64,000 nucleotides of DNA from Parcubacteria group bacterium GW2011_GWC1_36_108 (GTDB lineage: Bacteria; Patescibacteriota; Minisyncoccia; Moranbacterales; GWC2-37-73): NCBI GenBank assembly GCA_000991245.1, contig LBRD01000008.1:1686-65685 (forward strand), written 5' to 3'. The stretch's first letter is position 1, and each line of letters begins with the position of its first letter. The translations under genes were made by a program, and so were the position numbers. This document shows positions 27,101 to 38,987 of this stretch, piece by piece. The notes beneath the pieces were generated by a model. The model did no database searches. It was not told where the DNA came from and saw nothing but the letters and a program-made list of their open reading frames with translations.

Positions 27101-29006
27101 GTGAAGTTGAAAGAAATGGATGAGCGCTTCCAGCAACTGATCCCCAGGTTGGAACTCCACCAACGATTGTTAGTGCTTGACCATTAGCTCCGATTGCACG
27201 ACGCGAAAAAGTATTGCCACTGGAATAATACAATATATCACCAGCACTGTATGTTGAAAGTCCGGTGCCACCATTAGCAATTGTCAGTGGCGAAGTAAGA
27301 GAAAGAGAAGCAAAAGTAGCATCAGCCGTGGTTGAAATATTTTGCGGAAGAGAAATAGTAATAACACCAGTATTAGCTGAGGCGGTTATTTGATTTGCTG
27401 TTCCATTAAGCTGCGTTACTCCCGTATTTGCAATACTAATTGTTCCAGGCCCATTAGTAACAGAAATTCCAGTGCTACCACTCAATGTTGCCAAAGAATA
27501 ATTTGTTCCATTTCCGATTAATAATTGTCCACTGGCAGGCGCAGTAGAAAGTCCAGTTCCACCTTTTGCAATTCCCAAAATAGCAAGTTCCGTTAAAGTG
27601 TTTCCTGCTCCCCAAACTGCCAAATTATTTTGTGTTCCACTTCCCGTCACACCTCCTGCGCCCAAAACTGAAACCCAACTTGGCAAATGAGTAATCGGAT
27701 CAATCATTAAAACTTTACTATCAGCACCAACATTAGAAAGCTTGCTAAGCGTGTTTGCTGCACTGGAATAAAGCAGGTCTCCAGCAGCATAAGTATTTAT
27801 CCCAGTTCCGCCACGCACAGCGCTGATTGTGCCACCATTCCAAACACTGGCAGCGTTTGCAAAATTCCAAGCGCCAGTTATAACTTCATTTTGATTTTTT
27901 CTTGTAATACCAGAATTAGCATAATCAATTCCTATTGTTGCGATATTGCTAGCCAAACTAAAAGTAAAATCGCTAGTTCCATTAAATGCCAGGGTGTTAA
28001 AATTGATTTCCTCAATTGCTTCCTCGCCGTTTACTTTGATGACAGCCATTGATGCCCCAACAAAATTAGAGCATTTCCAAACCTTAGCACCATTGTCCCA
28101 ACTTAAAACCTGACTATTGGCACATCCTTGAAGCAATGTTAGTTGATCTGAAGAATCTCCCGCAAATTCAAGCCCTGAAAATGATTGGGTTGTTGCTGTT
28201 GTTCCATTTGCAGCGTTCAAAATATCAGCTATTCCTAAATTTGAAAAATTAACACCATTATTCGAATACTGCCAACTTCCCAAAGCTCCATTAAATCTAA
28301 TCGTAGGTTTGTTCAGAGCATTTCCAACTGCCAAATCAAAATTATTTCCAGCAAGTTCACCACCTGAACCAATATTAAAAACTAGATTTGTGCTGCCAGT
28401 ATCAGTGTTTTGCAAATGAATATCATCAATATTGCTAAAACGTGAATCGTTACCTAAAACCAATTGATTGCTGCCAGTTCCCGTTGGCAACATCTTGATG
28501 TCTATTTTACCTTTTGCTCCAAGTTGCGGGATATTACCTTCACTTGTTCCCAAGGTTGCACCGCCAAGAGCAGCTGAATCCATAGCAAGAGCAACTGAAC
28601 TCATTTTTTTGCGAGGAACAAATTCACTATCGGAGTTCATTCTGATTCCAAGATAATATTCGTTGTTAGAAAAATTCAAATCAGCAGGAAGAGGAACAAC
28701 TGCACCAAGATATGCACTCAAAACTCCATCGCGAATATAAATTTTCTGTGTCTCTTGCCAAGCTCTTTGAGAAGCGTCGCTATCAGATGGATATGGATCG
28801 GTGCTACTTCGATCAGTTCGATACAAAGCAAAACGAATTTCATATTCTCCATTTTGCAAAGATTCATTTTTTTCATTAGAAACAAAAGCTGAAATATTTA
28901 TTTGTGGTGCAATCTGAGCGCGAGAAAATTTAAAACCAAATGCAAGCAATGCAAAAGCAAAAAAAGATATTAGCGCTATTGAAATTTTATTTTTATTATT
29001 ACTCAT
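21156..29006 (-). CDS. Giant secreted tail-fibre-like protein with a C-terminal Peptidase_G2/IMC-like autoproteolytic chaperone domain and coiled coil
   Basis: About 2616 aa from ATG 29006 (ORF track 29027); signal peptide; many xGGTG and LFWDNTNKRLGIGT shaft repeats, NWNxAYGWGDH repeats; GADYAEYF...GIVSSNP...GMLGQVPGKV. Confidence 0.75.
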   Translation of the reverse strand: MSNNKNKISIALISFFAFALLAFGFKFSRAQIAPQINISAFVSNEKNESLQNGEYEIRFALYRTDRSSTDPYPSDSDASQRAWQETQKIYIRDGVLSAYLGAVVPLPADLNFSNNEYYLGIRMNSDSEFVPRKKMSSVALAMDSAALGGATLGTSEGNIPQLGAKGKIDIKMLPTGTGSNQLVLGNDSRFSNIDDIHLQNTDTGSTNLVFNIGSGGELAGNNFDLAVGNALNKPTIRFNGALGSWQYSNNGVNFSNLGIADILNAANGTTATTQSFSGLEFAGDSSDQLTLLQGCANSQVLSWDNGAKVWKCSNFVGASMAVIKVNGEEAIEEINFNTLAFNGTSDFTFSLASNIATIGIDYANSGITRKNQNEVITGAWNFANAASVWNGGTISAVRGGTGINTYAAGDLLYSSAANTLSKLSNVGADSKVLMIDPITHLPSWVSVLGAGGVTGSGTQNNLAVWGAGNTLTELAILGIAKGGTGLSTAPASGQLLIGNGTNYSLATLSGSTGISVTNGPGTISIANTGVTQLNGTANQITASANTGVITISLPQNISTTADATFASLSLTSPLTIANGGTGLSTYSAGDILYYSSGNTFSRRAIGANGQALTIVGGVPTWGSVAGSAHPFLSTSHSDTTAAAVTRGAIIAGQGVSPTWSLLGPGTSGQLLKSNGAGADLVWVTLTKSDIGLGSVEDIALSTWAGSTNITTLGTIATGTWNATAIADNKIASALTGKTYNGLTVTANGTNTLNIAAGQTLTVTTGGTLGTAAYTAASSYAPAFSSSTANFFWAAPNGSAGMPTMRAIAVADVPTLNQNTTGNAATATNLTGMTATVANLNSVTGLLGTAAFTASTAYATSAQGTLATNALPSASFTDIAVTGKLLTNYVSGAGTIAATDSILQAIQKLNGNIVANGNGTVTTVSVTTANGISGTVANATTTPAITLTLGSITPSTVNGLTLASAADGFTIAGGTSSRTLTISGANVSINQNLQTTSSPTFAGTTIDGALNIKSGTYKTAFQNSGTQAGDIAYTLPTAAGSSGQVLKIDASSNLYWGTVEGGSGGIGTVTNVASGNGLTGGPITETGTLSIALLSANGGTASTSSFSGMQFSGALNNQLSLLQGCANNEVLAWDNTGKDWQCSTVSGVGGITGTGVNGYVTYWTGTNTLGNEQYLNVSRGGTGAGTFTAGSLVFAGASGIYSEDNDNLFWDNTNKRLGIGTITPGAKLSFGNYTGGAAVNIYGTLPTMKMGIGTPDAFNYQFFGHQLTKFTFNRGGDLQAAGANELMVIDADTGNVGIGDSSPASMLTVGNNDLFQVNTSGQVIAGIWQGTAINDTYISSSSNWNTAYGWGDHASEGYLTSFSETDPIFVASAANGITGTNITNWNSAYGWGDHASAGYITASSTDTLTNKSGNISMWTNDSGYITSASVHDQVTLAGENYLSIIDQQITAGAINLASSNVSGILPVANGGTGAGAFTPGSLVFAGASGIYSEDNSNLFWDNIAKRLGIGTATLNEALEVDGNINVNGSIFKTGSQLSIGNTLAGSGVRLLTGSGSDILFQSSRYTVVNQGNFGIGDNTPASLFTVGTNDAFQVNASGQVVAGAWQGSAIGAQYGGTGVNGASAASGTLLIGNGAGYDLATLTASTGISITNGAGSISIANSGVTSLAGTANQVAVSAANGAVTISLPQTINTTSDVAFNSLTLSTALGAQYGGTGYASYSIGDMLYADTTSTLGKITRGSDGQVLTLVAGVPTWSSTAIHSSATIAGENYLSLSGQEITANAINLASTNVTGILPVTSGGSGTLTQFTQGSLIFAGASGIYDQNNANLYWDNTNNYFRLGAGAQQFSMGVDATDSSKFKIATGSGIAGTGQFTIDTNGVTNIASLQLGAQSFAENSGAISWTDMPVTSAATNGTVESYGAMLDGNVMLTIYGTSSGDGNTSNLAVKMGAKLGLIETGTTPTYYSYLQGGDQAADITYTLPTASTNGLLKNTAGVWSWDATAYLSGTVAVANGGTGATDAATARTNLGLAIGTNVQGYNAELAAIAGGTWTGASSITTLGTITTGVWNGTAIDVTHGGTGSTTQFTQGSLVFAGASGIYDQNNANLYWDNTNNYFRLGAGAQQFSMGVDVTDSNKFKIFAGNGIAGTSQFSIDTSGVTSIGSLSIGTQEFSADSGIISWIDMAVTTASTVGVVNSYTASLDGNAMLTLYGTSDGAGGMNALGVGIGTTTPGYILDVQHASSKINSKNGYLTNGADYAEYFYTKDIDLQSGEVVCVDVTNANSVERCTRSGDNNVMGIVSSNPSIVGNGNGTERDNDPNYKIIGMLGQVPGKVSTENGVIQIGDNLTAAESAGYLRKANAGESTVGVAIQSFAGEKGTIQVLISRRNQSLTVEKVEEAVTLNIASMNIQDQVNQLVAVAKTSLDAQLANTDQILKQVQNDNLNILNSLNSLTSLAETLQDQMTELQIKANSELNIAQIDLNTQDIALIKMLLGVGQGEDIGDIAIAGKLTVKSLETGKLIVSVLDPEARTIGDASITLIKKDLDGDGKDDDTKSDGKTFFVKTKAANISSKVFITPKVALDQGIAVTEVKFGEGFTVSVKNLVTEDVSFDWIIMEEKL
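21692..21718. repeat. TGTCAT-type REP in-frame in the giant fibre gene
   Basis: TGTCATTCTGAACTTGTTTCAGAATCT encodes QILKQVQND; its reverse complement nearly matches the intergenic arm at 41033-41059. Confidence 0.75.
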
Positions 29007-29087
29007 TATCAGAAAAATAATACCCACCCCTTTTATGTTTAAAAAACTTTTTCTCCAGACTTTACAACCTTATAACTTTATAACTTT

Positions 29088-29936
29088 TTACTTCTTCAGA
29101 GCCCAACCAAAAATACTTTCCATTTCACTAGAAATCAATTCAATCACTGATACCGGTTTTGAACCTGTATAAACGGCAATCGCATCAGAAACAGAAACAT
29201 TGCCACTCCTATCAGTAACACTAACCGTAAAAACATATCTGGTAGCTTGCTCAAGATTATTCAAAACCAATGCATGTGAAAATCCATATCCATATTCTTT
29301 GATGTTTTTTTCTGCCCCTTTTCCATCTTTAGCATATTTAACTTCGGATTTTGCCAATTTGTTTGTTTTCCAAGAAATAAGCACCTGCATTTTTTTTCCA
29401 TCTTTTGTCATAAGCATTTCACTGCGAACATCCATTGCTTTTAGTGGTAATGCTTCTGTCTCAGCAGCCAGCACGATGTTTGCACCACCGATTGCAATGT
29501 CTTTGATTTTATAATTCTCACTCTTTCCTGCGATGCCTTTTAAATCATCGCCTGCAACAACGACAGCATTTTGCTCTTTGCTCACATTTCCAGATTCATT
29601 AACAAAAATATGATCTTCGTTTTTTGGTATTTCCATTTGCACCTGTTGTTTTACTGCGCTTGATTGCTGGGCGTTTTTATTTCTAAAATATACAGCTGCA
29701 CTTGCAGCAATCATCATCAATAACAAAAATGAAATGCCCGCAATTTTTAAAACTTTTTTCTTAAGTTCCATTTTTTTACTAAAAGCTTGAAATTTCAATT
29801 CTGCTTGATTATTCTCAACACCAAAATGAGCATCCTTGCCAACTGGAACACTCTCAATATTTTCAACTATTTTTGGTTGTTTTTTTTCTTTTTCCTTTTT
29901 CAATTTTTTACATTTTTCCGAATAAAAATTGAACAC
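29088..29936 (-). CDS. Membrane-anchored fibronectin type III domain protein
   Basis: 282 aa; one TM helix; ISWKTNK...HALVLNNLEQATRYVFTVSVTD FN3 pattern. Confidence 0.75.
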   Translation of the reverse strand: MFNFYSEKCKKLKKEKEKKQPKIVENIESVPVGKDAHFGVENNQAELKFQAFSKKMELKKKVLKIAGISFLLLMMIAASAAVYFRNKNAQQSSAVKQQVQMEIPKNEDHIFVNESGNVSKEQNAVVVAGDDLKGIAGKSENYKIKDIAIGGANIVLAAETEALPLKAMDVRSEMLMTKDGKKMQVLISWKTNKLAKSEVKYAKDGKGAEKNIKEYGYGFSHALVLNNLEQATRYVFTVSVTDRSGNVSVSDAIAVYTGSKPVSVIELISSEMESIFGWALKK

Positions 29937-30061
29937 AAATATCTAACTAAATTATACTATTTTTTCCCGTTTTAGACAACAATTTAATATTTCAATTTTT
30001 GGCTTAAAAAAAGCAAATTTTAACAAAAATAAAAAGTTATCCACACCCATATTTGCCAAAT

Positions 30062-30092
30062 AAAAAATCCCGACAAAATGCCGGGATTTTTT
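30062..30092. terminator. Bidirectional intrinsic terminator downstream of gyrB
   Basis: AAAAAATCCCG-N-CGGGATTTTTT hairpin with A/T tails. Confidence 0.65.
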
Positions 30093-30161
30093 TGAAAATT
30101 TTTGAGTTTTATTTTTGCTTTTTATTGATATCAAACAAACCAAGCCTACAACACAATAACT

Positions 30162-30278
30162 TGTCATCTTGAGCGGAATTGAGACCGATAGGTCGAAATG
30201 AAGTCGAAAGATCTGGGCTCAGATTCTTCGATTCCGCAGCTTCTCCCTAGGGTCGAAGCTGCTACACTCAGAATGACA
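30162..30278. repeat. TGTCAT...ATGACA composite palindromic element
   Basis: Shares TGTCATCTTGAGCG and AGTCGAAAGATCTG with 42084-42173; terminal inverted TGTCAT/ATGACA. Confidence 0.8.
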
Positions 30279-30308
30279 TACTGACAGTAATTTAGTTAAT
30301 TCAGTATT

Positions 30309-32408
<2,100 letters not shown>

Positions 32409-32439
32409 TTAAATTTATTTTCATTAATTAATTTTATTC

Positions 32440-32560
32440 AATAAATCTCAATGTCAAAATCCAAATATCCAATAAATGTCCTAAGTCCAAATGAAAAAAA
32501 TTTAGTCATTAAGATTTTGGATTTTGTTTGACATTTGACATTGAGATTTTGGATTTATTA
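32440..32560. repeat. Gene-less 7-bp-period inverted-arm element
   Basis: Includes a perfect 16-bp IR AAATCTCAATGTCAAA (32443-32458) / 32534-32549. Confidence 0.75.
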
Positions 32561-32580
32561 TCCAAATATATTTCACAAAC

Positions 32581-32955
32581 CTATTTTTTTGTCAGGAAGT
32601 ACAATTCTACCAAAAATATTCCTGCTACCGCCAGTGCTCCATCCCACCAGGTCAAAATGCGATATTGTTGTAAAATCAGCAACAGGCACAAAAGTATCGC
32701 AATCAATATTCCCTGTCTAAAACTAATCCCGATGTGTGCAAGAGCATTGTCCTCACTTCCGCTAACTTTTTTGCGCATCCATGTGAAAAAAAGAATGAAC
32801 ACTCCAGAAAAAAACAGTAGCGCGCTGATAAAAAAAAGGAGTTGCCCAGCAGCGCCAGTTTTTTGCGGATCCATTTGTATTATAACCAAAATCCAAGCCG
32901 CAAATGAAATCGCCGTGGAGATTCTTATTCCCCAAAGATACGATGTTAACGTCAT
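32581..32955 (-). CDS. Hypothetical 4-TM membrane protein
   Basis: 124 aa, four hydrophobic helices. Confidence 0.75.
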   Translation of the reverse strand: MTLTSYLWGIRISTAISFAAWILVIIQMDPQKTGAAGQLLFFISALLFFSGVFILFFTWMRKKVSGSEDNALAHIGISFRQGILIAILLCLLLILQQYRILTWWDGALAVAGIFLVELYFLTKK

Positions 32956-33040
32956 ATTTTTGTTTTTATTGAAAACACTACTTATTCATTATAGCGGAAA
33001 ATAGCTGGCAAGGCAAGCAAAAAGTTACTTTTTCAACTGT

Positions 33041-33068
33041 TTGACAATACTAAAAAAATGCGTATAAT
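33041..33068 (+). promoter_or_regulatory. Sigma70 promoter of the tRNA operon
   Basis: TTGACA-16 bp-TATAAT. Confidence 0.75.
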
Positions 33069-33105
33069 AAAAAGGTGCTAATATCTACCTATCATTATCA
33101 AATAT

Positions 33106-33179
33106 AGCGGGATGGAGCAGTCTGGCAGCTCGCGTGGCTCATAACCACGAGGTCGTAGGTTCAAATCCTACTCCCGCAA
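33106..33179 (+). tRNA. tRNA-fMet (initiator, anticodon CAT)
   Basis: Cloverleaf; 1:72 mismatch, GGAGCAG...AGCTCG D-arm and TTCAAATCC T-loop as in initiator tRNAs; CCA not encoded. Confidence 0.92.
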
Positions 33180-33187
33180 CAAGAGTT

Positions 33188-33261
33188 AACTGACAACTTA
33201 TAACTCACAACCTATAACAAAAACTCACAGTTGTTTGTGGTTAGTTGTAAGTTGTTTGTTT
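33188..33261. repeat. 7-bp-period inverted-arm element between two tRNAs
   Basis: AACTGAC AACTTAT AACTCAC AACCTAT ... GTTAGTTGTAAGTTGTTTGTT. Confidence 0.7.
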
Positions 33262-33265
33262 GATT

Positions 33266-33339
33266 GGCAGGGTAGCTCAGCTGGTTAGAGCACAGCCTTC
33301 ATAAGGCTGGGGTCGCGGGTCCGAGTCCCGCCCCTGCTA
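33266..33339 (+). tRNA. tRNA with CAT anticodon (probably elongator Met; Ile2 not excluded)
   Basis: GGCAGGG/CCCTGCT acceptor, CAGCC-TTCATAA-GGCTG anticodon arm. Confidence 0.9.
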
Positions 33340-33366
33340 CAGGTTTTAAAAAATGAAAATATTTCT

Positions 33367-33440
33367 GGGGTCGTAGCTCAGCTGGTTAGAGCGATTGCCT
33401 GTCACGCAATAGGTCGTGGGTTCGAGTCCCATCGGCCCCG
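33367..33440 (+). tRNA. tRNA-Asp (GTC)
   Basis: GGGGTCG/CGGCCCC acceptor, ATTGC-CTGTCAC-GCAAT anticodon arm, GTTCGAG T-loop. Confidence 0.95.
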
Positions 33441-33449
33441 CAGAAATTT

Positions 33450-33478
33450 AAAACAACATCCGCAAGGATGTTGTTTTT
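33450..33478 (+). terminator. Intrinsic terminator after the tRNA operon
   Basis: AAAACAACATCC-GCAA-GGATGTTGTTTTT. Confidence 0.8.
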
Positions 33479-33503
33479 ATTTTACTTTTAAATTTTTGAT
33501 GTT

Positions 33504-34037
33504 TCAATCCAGAAATTCGAGATATTTCAAGAAGTTCTCATACACGCCAATTACGGCCACAGCCATACGCTGATCAATGACAAAATCTGCTTCGTGCACA
33601 ATTTGATTTCTGATTTTATGAGCACCTATCAATGATTCCAAGTGATCGTCAAGATGGGCAGCACTAACCTGCTCAAGTTTTTCAGACATATTGGCGCCCT
33701 TATATCCAATGCCGGACAATATTTCATCAGCAATCGCATCAGCTTCAATAATTGCAACTTTGTATTGCGAAGTATTTTCATCCTTAAGCCTGCTTTTAAC
33801 TTTGTCCCAACGCTTTTGCATTTTGCTTTTTGAAGCCAGTGGAATGTCCATACCTTTAAGACCAACACGAAGATGTTGTGGCACATCGCGCAAAATAAGC
33901 ATCAAAACAATATCAATAAACAAAACCAACAAATAAATAGCTAGGAATATCTTCAACACCAAAACAAACGGAGAATAATAAAAATTCTTCAGCACTTCCA
34001 GCAAAACTACAATAAAATTTTCTATATCGTAAAACAT
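33504..34037 (-). CDS. Hypothetical membrane-anchored protein
   Basis: 177 aa; N-terminal TM; helical domain with AIIEAD and AHKIRNQIVH. Confidence 0.75.
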   Translation of the reverse strand: MFYDIENFIVVLLEVLKNFYYSPFVLVLKIFLAIYLLVLFIDIVLMLILRDVPQHLRVGLKGMDIPLASKSKMQKRWDKVKSRLKDENTSQYKVAIIEADAIADEILSGIGYKGANMSEKLEQVSAAHLDDHLESLIGAHKIRNQIVHEADFVIDQRMAVAVIGVYENFLKYLEFLD

Positions 34038-34048
34038 AAGGCTGCAGC

Positions 34049-34162
34049 AATTTCAAATTAAAAATTTCAAATTTCAAATCAATGCCTAATTTCCAATGCA
34101 TTATTTTTTTAATTTCAGCATTTAGATTTTATTTGGAATTTGACATTTGGATTTTGACATTT
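34049..34162. repeat. Gene-less 7-bp-period inverted-arm element
   Basis: AATTTCA-type left arm and TTTGACA/TTTGGA-type right arm; same family as 32440 and 59157. Confidence 0.7.
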
Positions 34163-34193
34163 AAAAAATAACAAACGCAAACAATTTTTACTT

Positions 34194-35654
34194 TTATTTT
34201 TTAGTGTTTATCTCGTAAGTGTGTGCGCAATTAAGCATTCCTTCTTCATCGAACCATTTTCCCATCAATTGTCCGCCGACTGGCAATTCTTTGCCATCAG
34301 TTGCGATAGCGCCAATTGGAAATGAAATTGCAGGCACACCAGCCAAATTTGCAGTTATTGTAAAAATATCAGACAAATACATCTTGAGAGGATCAGCTGA
34401 TTTTTCACCAATTTTAAAGGCAACTTCCGGTGCTGTCGGAGAATAAATAAAATCCACAGTTTTGAAAGCATTCTCAAAATCTCTGCGAATAAGCGCGCGA
34501 ACCTTTTGCGCTTTCAAATAATATGCATCATAATATCCAGCACTAAGCGCATACGTTCCAAGCATAATTCTTCTTTTCACTTCATCGCCAAATCCAATTT
34601 TACGCGTGTCCAAATATGTTTCTAGCAATTTTTTTGGCAACGCATTTTCATTAATATCAGAATCGACATTATCATCAGAGCGCATACCAAATTTAATCCC
34701 ATCAAATTTTGCCAAATTGGAACTAACTTCGCTCGTCATAATAATGTAATACGTTGGCAATGCATATTCACTGTGCGGCAAACTTATTGTTTCAATTTTA
34801 GCACCAAGCGTCCTGAATTTTTCAAGAGATTTTTCAAAAATATTTTTTATTTCGCCTTCCAAGCTTTCAACATATTCTTTTGGCACACCAATTACTTTTC
34901 CTGAAATATCTCCAGTTAAATAATCTTCATATTTTTTATCACTGCTTTTAGCGCTTGTTGCGTCAAGCAAGTCCTGTCCAGAAATTCGAGACAAAATAAT
35001 TGCAACATCTTCAACTCTTTTTGCAATCGGTCCTATTTGATCCAAACTTGAAGCCATTGCAATCGCTCCACTTCTTGAAACTCTTCCATACGTAGGCTTG
35101 AGTCCCACCACTCCGCAAAAAGAAGCTGGTTGCCTGATTGAACCACCCGTATCAGTTCCTAGCGACCAAACCGCCTGCCCAGCAGCCACGCTGGCAACAC
35201 TTCCACCAGAAGAGCCACCGGCCACACGAGAAGTGTCCACTGGATTTTTTGTAATTTTATACGCACTGTTTTCAGTTGAAGACCCCATTGCAAATTCATC
35301 CAGATTGGTTTTTCCCAAAATCACAGCGCCACATTCTTTCAATTTTCTAATCACAGTTGCGTCATATGGCGCAATATAATTGTCCAAAATTTTTGAGGCT
35401 GCTGTGGTTCGCACACCATCAACACAAATATTGTCCTTGATCGCACAAGGAATTCCTTCGATTAAATCAATCTCTTCTCCTTTGGCAATTTTCTCATCAA
35501 CAAACTGAGCCTGCTGCATTGCAAGTTTTTTTGTGAGAGTTAAATATGCACCAATTTCAGCGTCATTCTTTTCAATAACATCAAAATACTGCTCAGTCAG
35601 TTGAACAGAGGTTATTTCTTTGTTTATTAATTTTTGATGTAAATCTCTGATCAT
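34194..35654 (-). CDS. gatA: Asp/Glu-tRNA amidotransferase subunit A
   Basis: Amidase signature GGSSGGS, GTDTGGSIRQPAS, GLKPTYGRVSR; ATG 35654 preferred (extension to 35690 is the repeat arm). Confidence 0.96.
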   Translation of the reverse strand: MIRDLHQKLINKEITSVQLTEQYFDVIEKNDAEIGAYLTLTKKLAMQQAQFVDEKIAKGEEIDLIEGIPCAIKDNICVDGVRTTAASKILDNYIAPYDATVIRKLKECGAVILGKTNLDEFAMGSSTENSAYKITKNPVDTSRVAGGSSGGSVASVAAGQAVWSLGTDTGGSIRQPASFCGVVGLKPTYGRVSRSGAIAMASSLDQIGPIAKRVEDVAIILSRISGQDLLDATSAKSSDKKYEDYLTGDISGKVIGVPKEYVESLEGEIKNIFEKSLEKFRTLGAKIETISLPHSEYALPTYYIIMTSEVSSNLAKFDGIKFGMRSDDNVDSDINENALPKKLLETYLDTRKIGFGDEVKRRIMLGTYALSAGYYDAYYLKAQKVRALIRRDFENAFKTVDFIYSPTAPEVAFKIGEKSADPLKMYLSDIFTITANLAGVPAISFPIGAIATDGKELPVGGQLMGKWFDEEGMLNCAHTYEINTKK

Positions 35655-35731
35655 GAAACATGTAACATGTAACATGTAACAAAAATTCAAAATGCATTCT
35701 TGTTATATGCTATATGTTTTATGTTATATGC
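35652..35731. repeat. 7-bp-period inverted-arm element filling the gatC-gatA spacer
   Basis: ACATGTA repeats ... TGTTATA-type repeats, running from the gatC stop into the gatA ATG. Confidence 0.8.
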
Positions 35732-36019
35732 TTAAAGCACGCTTTTTACCTTTATAAATCCTTCTTTAACCTCTGGTACATTTTTCATAATTTCTTCCTT
35801 GCCCAGCTCCCCAAAATCAAAATGCTCGTCACTGCGGAAAGTGTTTTGCATTCCTGTAATATGTCCAATTGGCTCCACGCCAGTAACATCAACTTCATCC
35901 AATTTTTTAAAATAATCCAAAATCTCAGATAAATCATGCTGATATTTTTCCACGTCTTGCTCGCTCACACCAATTCGCGCAAGAGTAGCAATATGTAATA
36001 TTTCTTCTTTTGATAACAT
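35732..36019 (-). CDS. gatC: Asp/Glu-tRNA amidotransferase subunit C
   Basis: LSKEEILHIATLARI...LDEVDVTGVEP...FIKVKSVL; directly upstream of gatA. Confidence 0.93.
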   Translation of the reverse strand: MLSKEEILHIATLARIGVSEQDVEKYQHDLSEILDYFKKLDEVDVTGVEPIGHITGMQNTFRSDEHFDFGELGKEEIMKNVPEVKEGFIKVKSVL

Positions 36020-36032
36020 AGTATGATACAAA

Positions 36033-36121
36033 TTATGCTAATTAATACGAATGACGCAAATATGCAAATGATTCGCATCATTCGTGTATTCGCGTATTAG
36101 CATAAGATTCGCGTATTCGTA
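36033..36121. repeat. 9-bp-period (TACGCGAAT-like) inverted-arm element between ligA and gatC
   Basis: Starts at the ligA stop; ATTCGCGTA/ATTCGTGTA units versus TACGAAT/TGCAAAT units. Confidence 0.75.
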
Positions 36122-38428
<2,307 letters not shown>

Positions 38429-38980
38429 TTACTGTCTAAGCGAAACGGTGGTTTGCATTTTAGCAGCATTACCACCATACGCATCTGCCGTTATTGAAAT
38501 TTTCCCAAAAACTGGATTCATTGGATCTGTTATGTCCGTTGGCACGCCAGAAAATGAAAAACTTGAAAGTTCATTTGGCGCAGTAAGCGATGTGAATGAC
38601 GCTGCTGATGGATTAGTATCACAATCAGTGATAACTGTGCCAGCAGCAGTAAAAACTTTTAACAGTCCATCAGTATCATATTTATAAGTAACACACAAGG
38701 ATCTCGAATTATCAAACATTGTTATTTGATTTACTCCAGCATAAGAAGTTGGCGCCGACGGAAAAACACTACTCCTGATTGTTTTTGCCATCATATTTAT
38801 GACATATTGCGCACTTTCCATACCTCTTTGAGTTTTTTTAACATTTGCATAATTTTTTAGCAATGAAGAAAAAGACCCCATCAACATAACGATGATGAAA
38901 GAAAAAACAAGCAGCGCAATCAGAGTTTCAACCAATGAAAAACCTTTTTTCTTTTTTATATTTTTATTCAACATATTCAA
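38429..38980 (-). CDS. Minor pilin (PilW/PulJ-like)
   Basis: KKKG|FSLVE prepilin cleavage motif followed by hydrophobic helix. Confidence 0.85.
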   Translation of the reverse strand: MNMLNKNIKKKKGFSLVETLIALLVFSFIIVMLMGSFSSLLKNYANVKKTQRGMESAQYVINMMAKTIRSSVFPSAPTSYAGVNQITMFDNSRSLCVTYKYDTDGLLKVFTAAGTVITDCDTNPSAASFTSLTAPNELSSFSFSGVPTDITDPMNPVFGKISITADAYGGNAAKMQTTVSLRQ

Positions 38981-38987
38981 GATATTT

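Noticed and set aside
21156-29006. Prophage
   Set aside because: Fibre-like protein has a signal peptide, and no capsid, terminase, portal or integrase gene is present.
30037-30045. oriC (perfect DnaA box TTATCCACA near gyrB)
   Set aside because: Only one box was seen, with no cluster and no dnaA/dnaN; it may still be regulatory.
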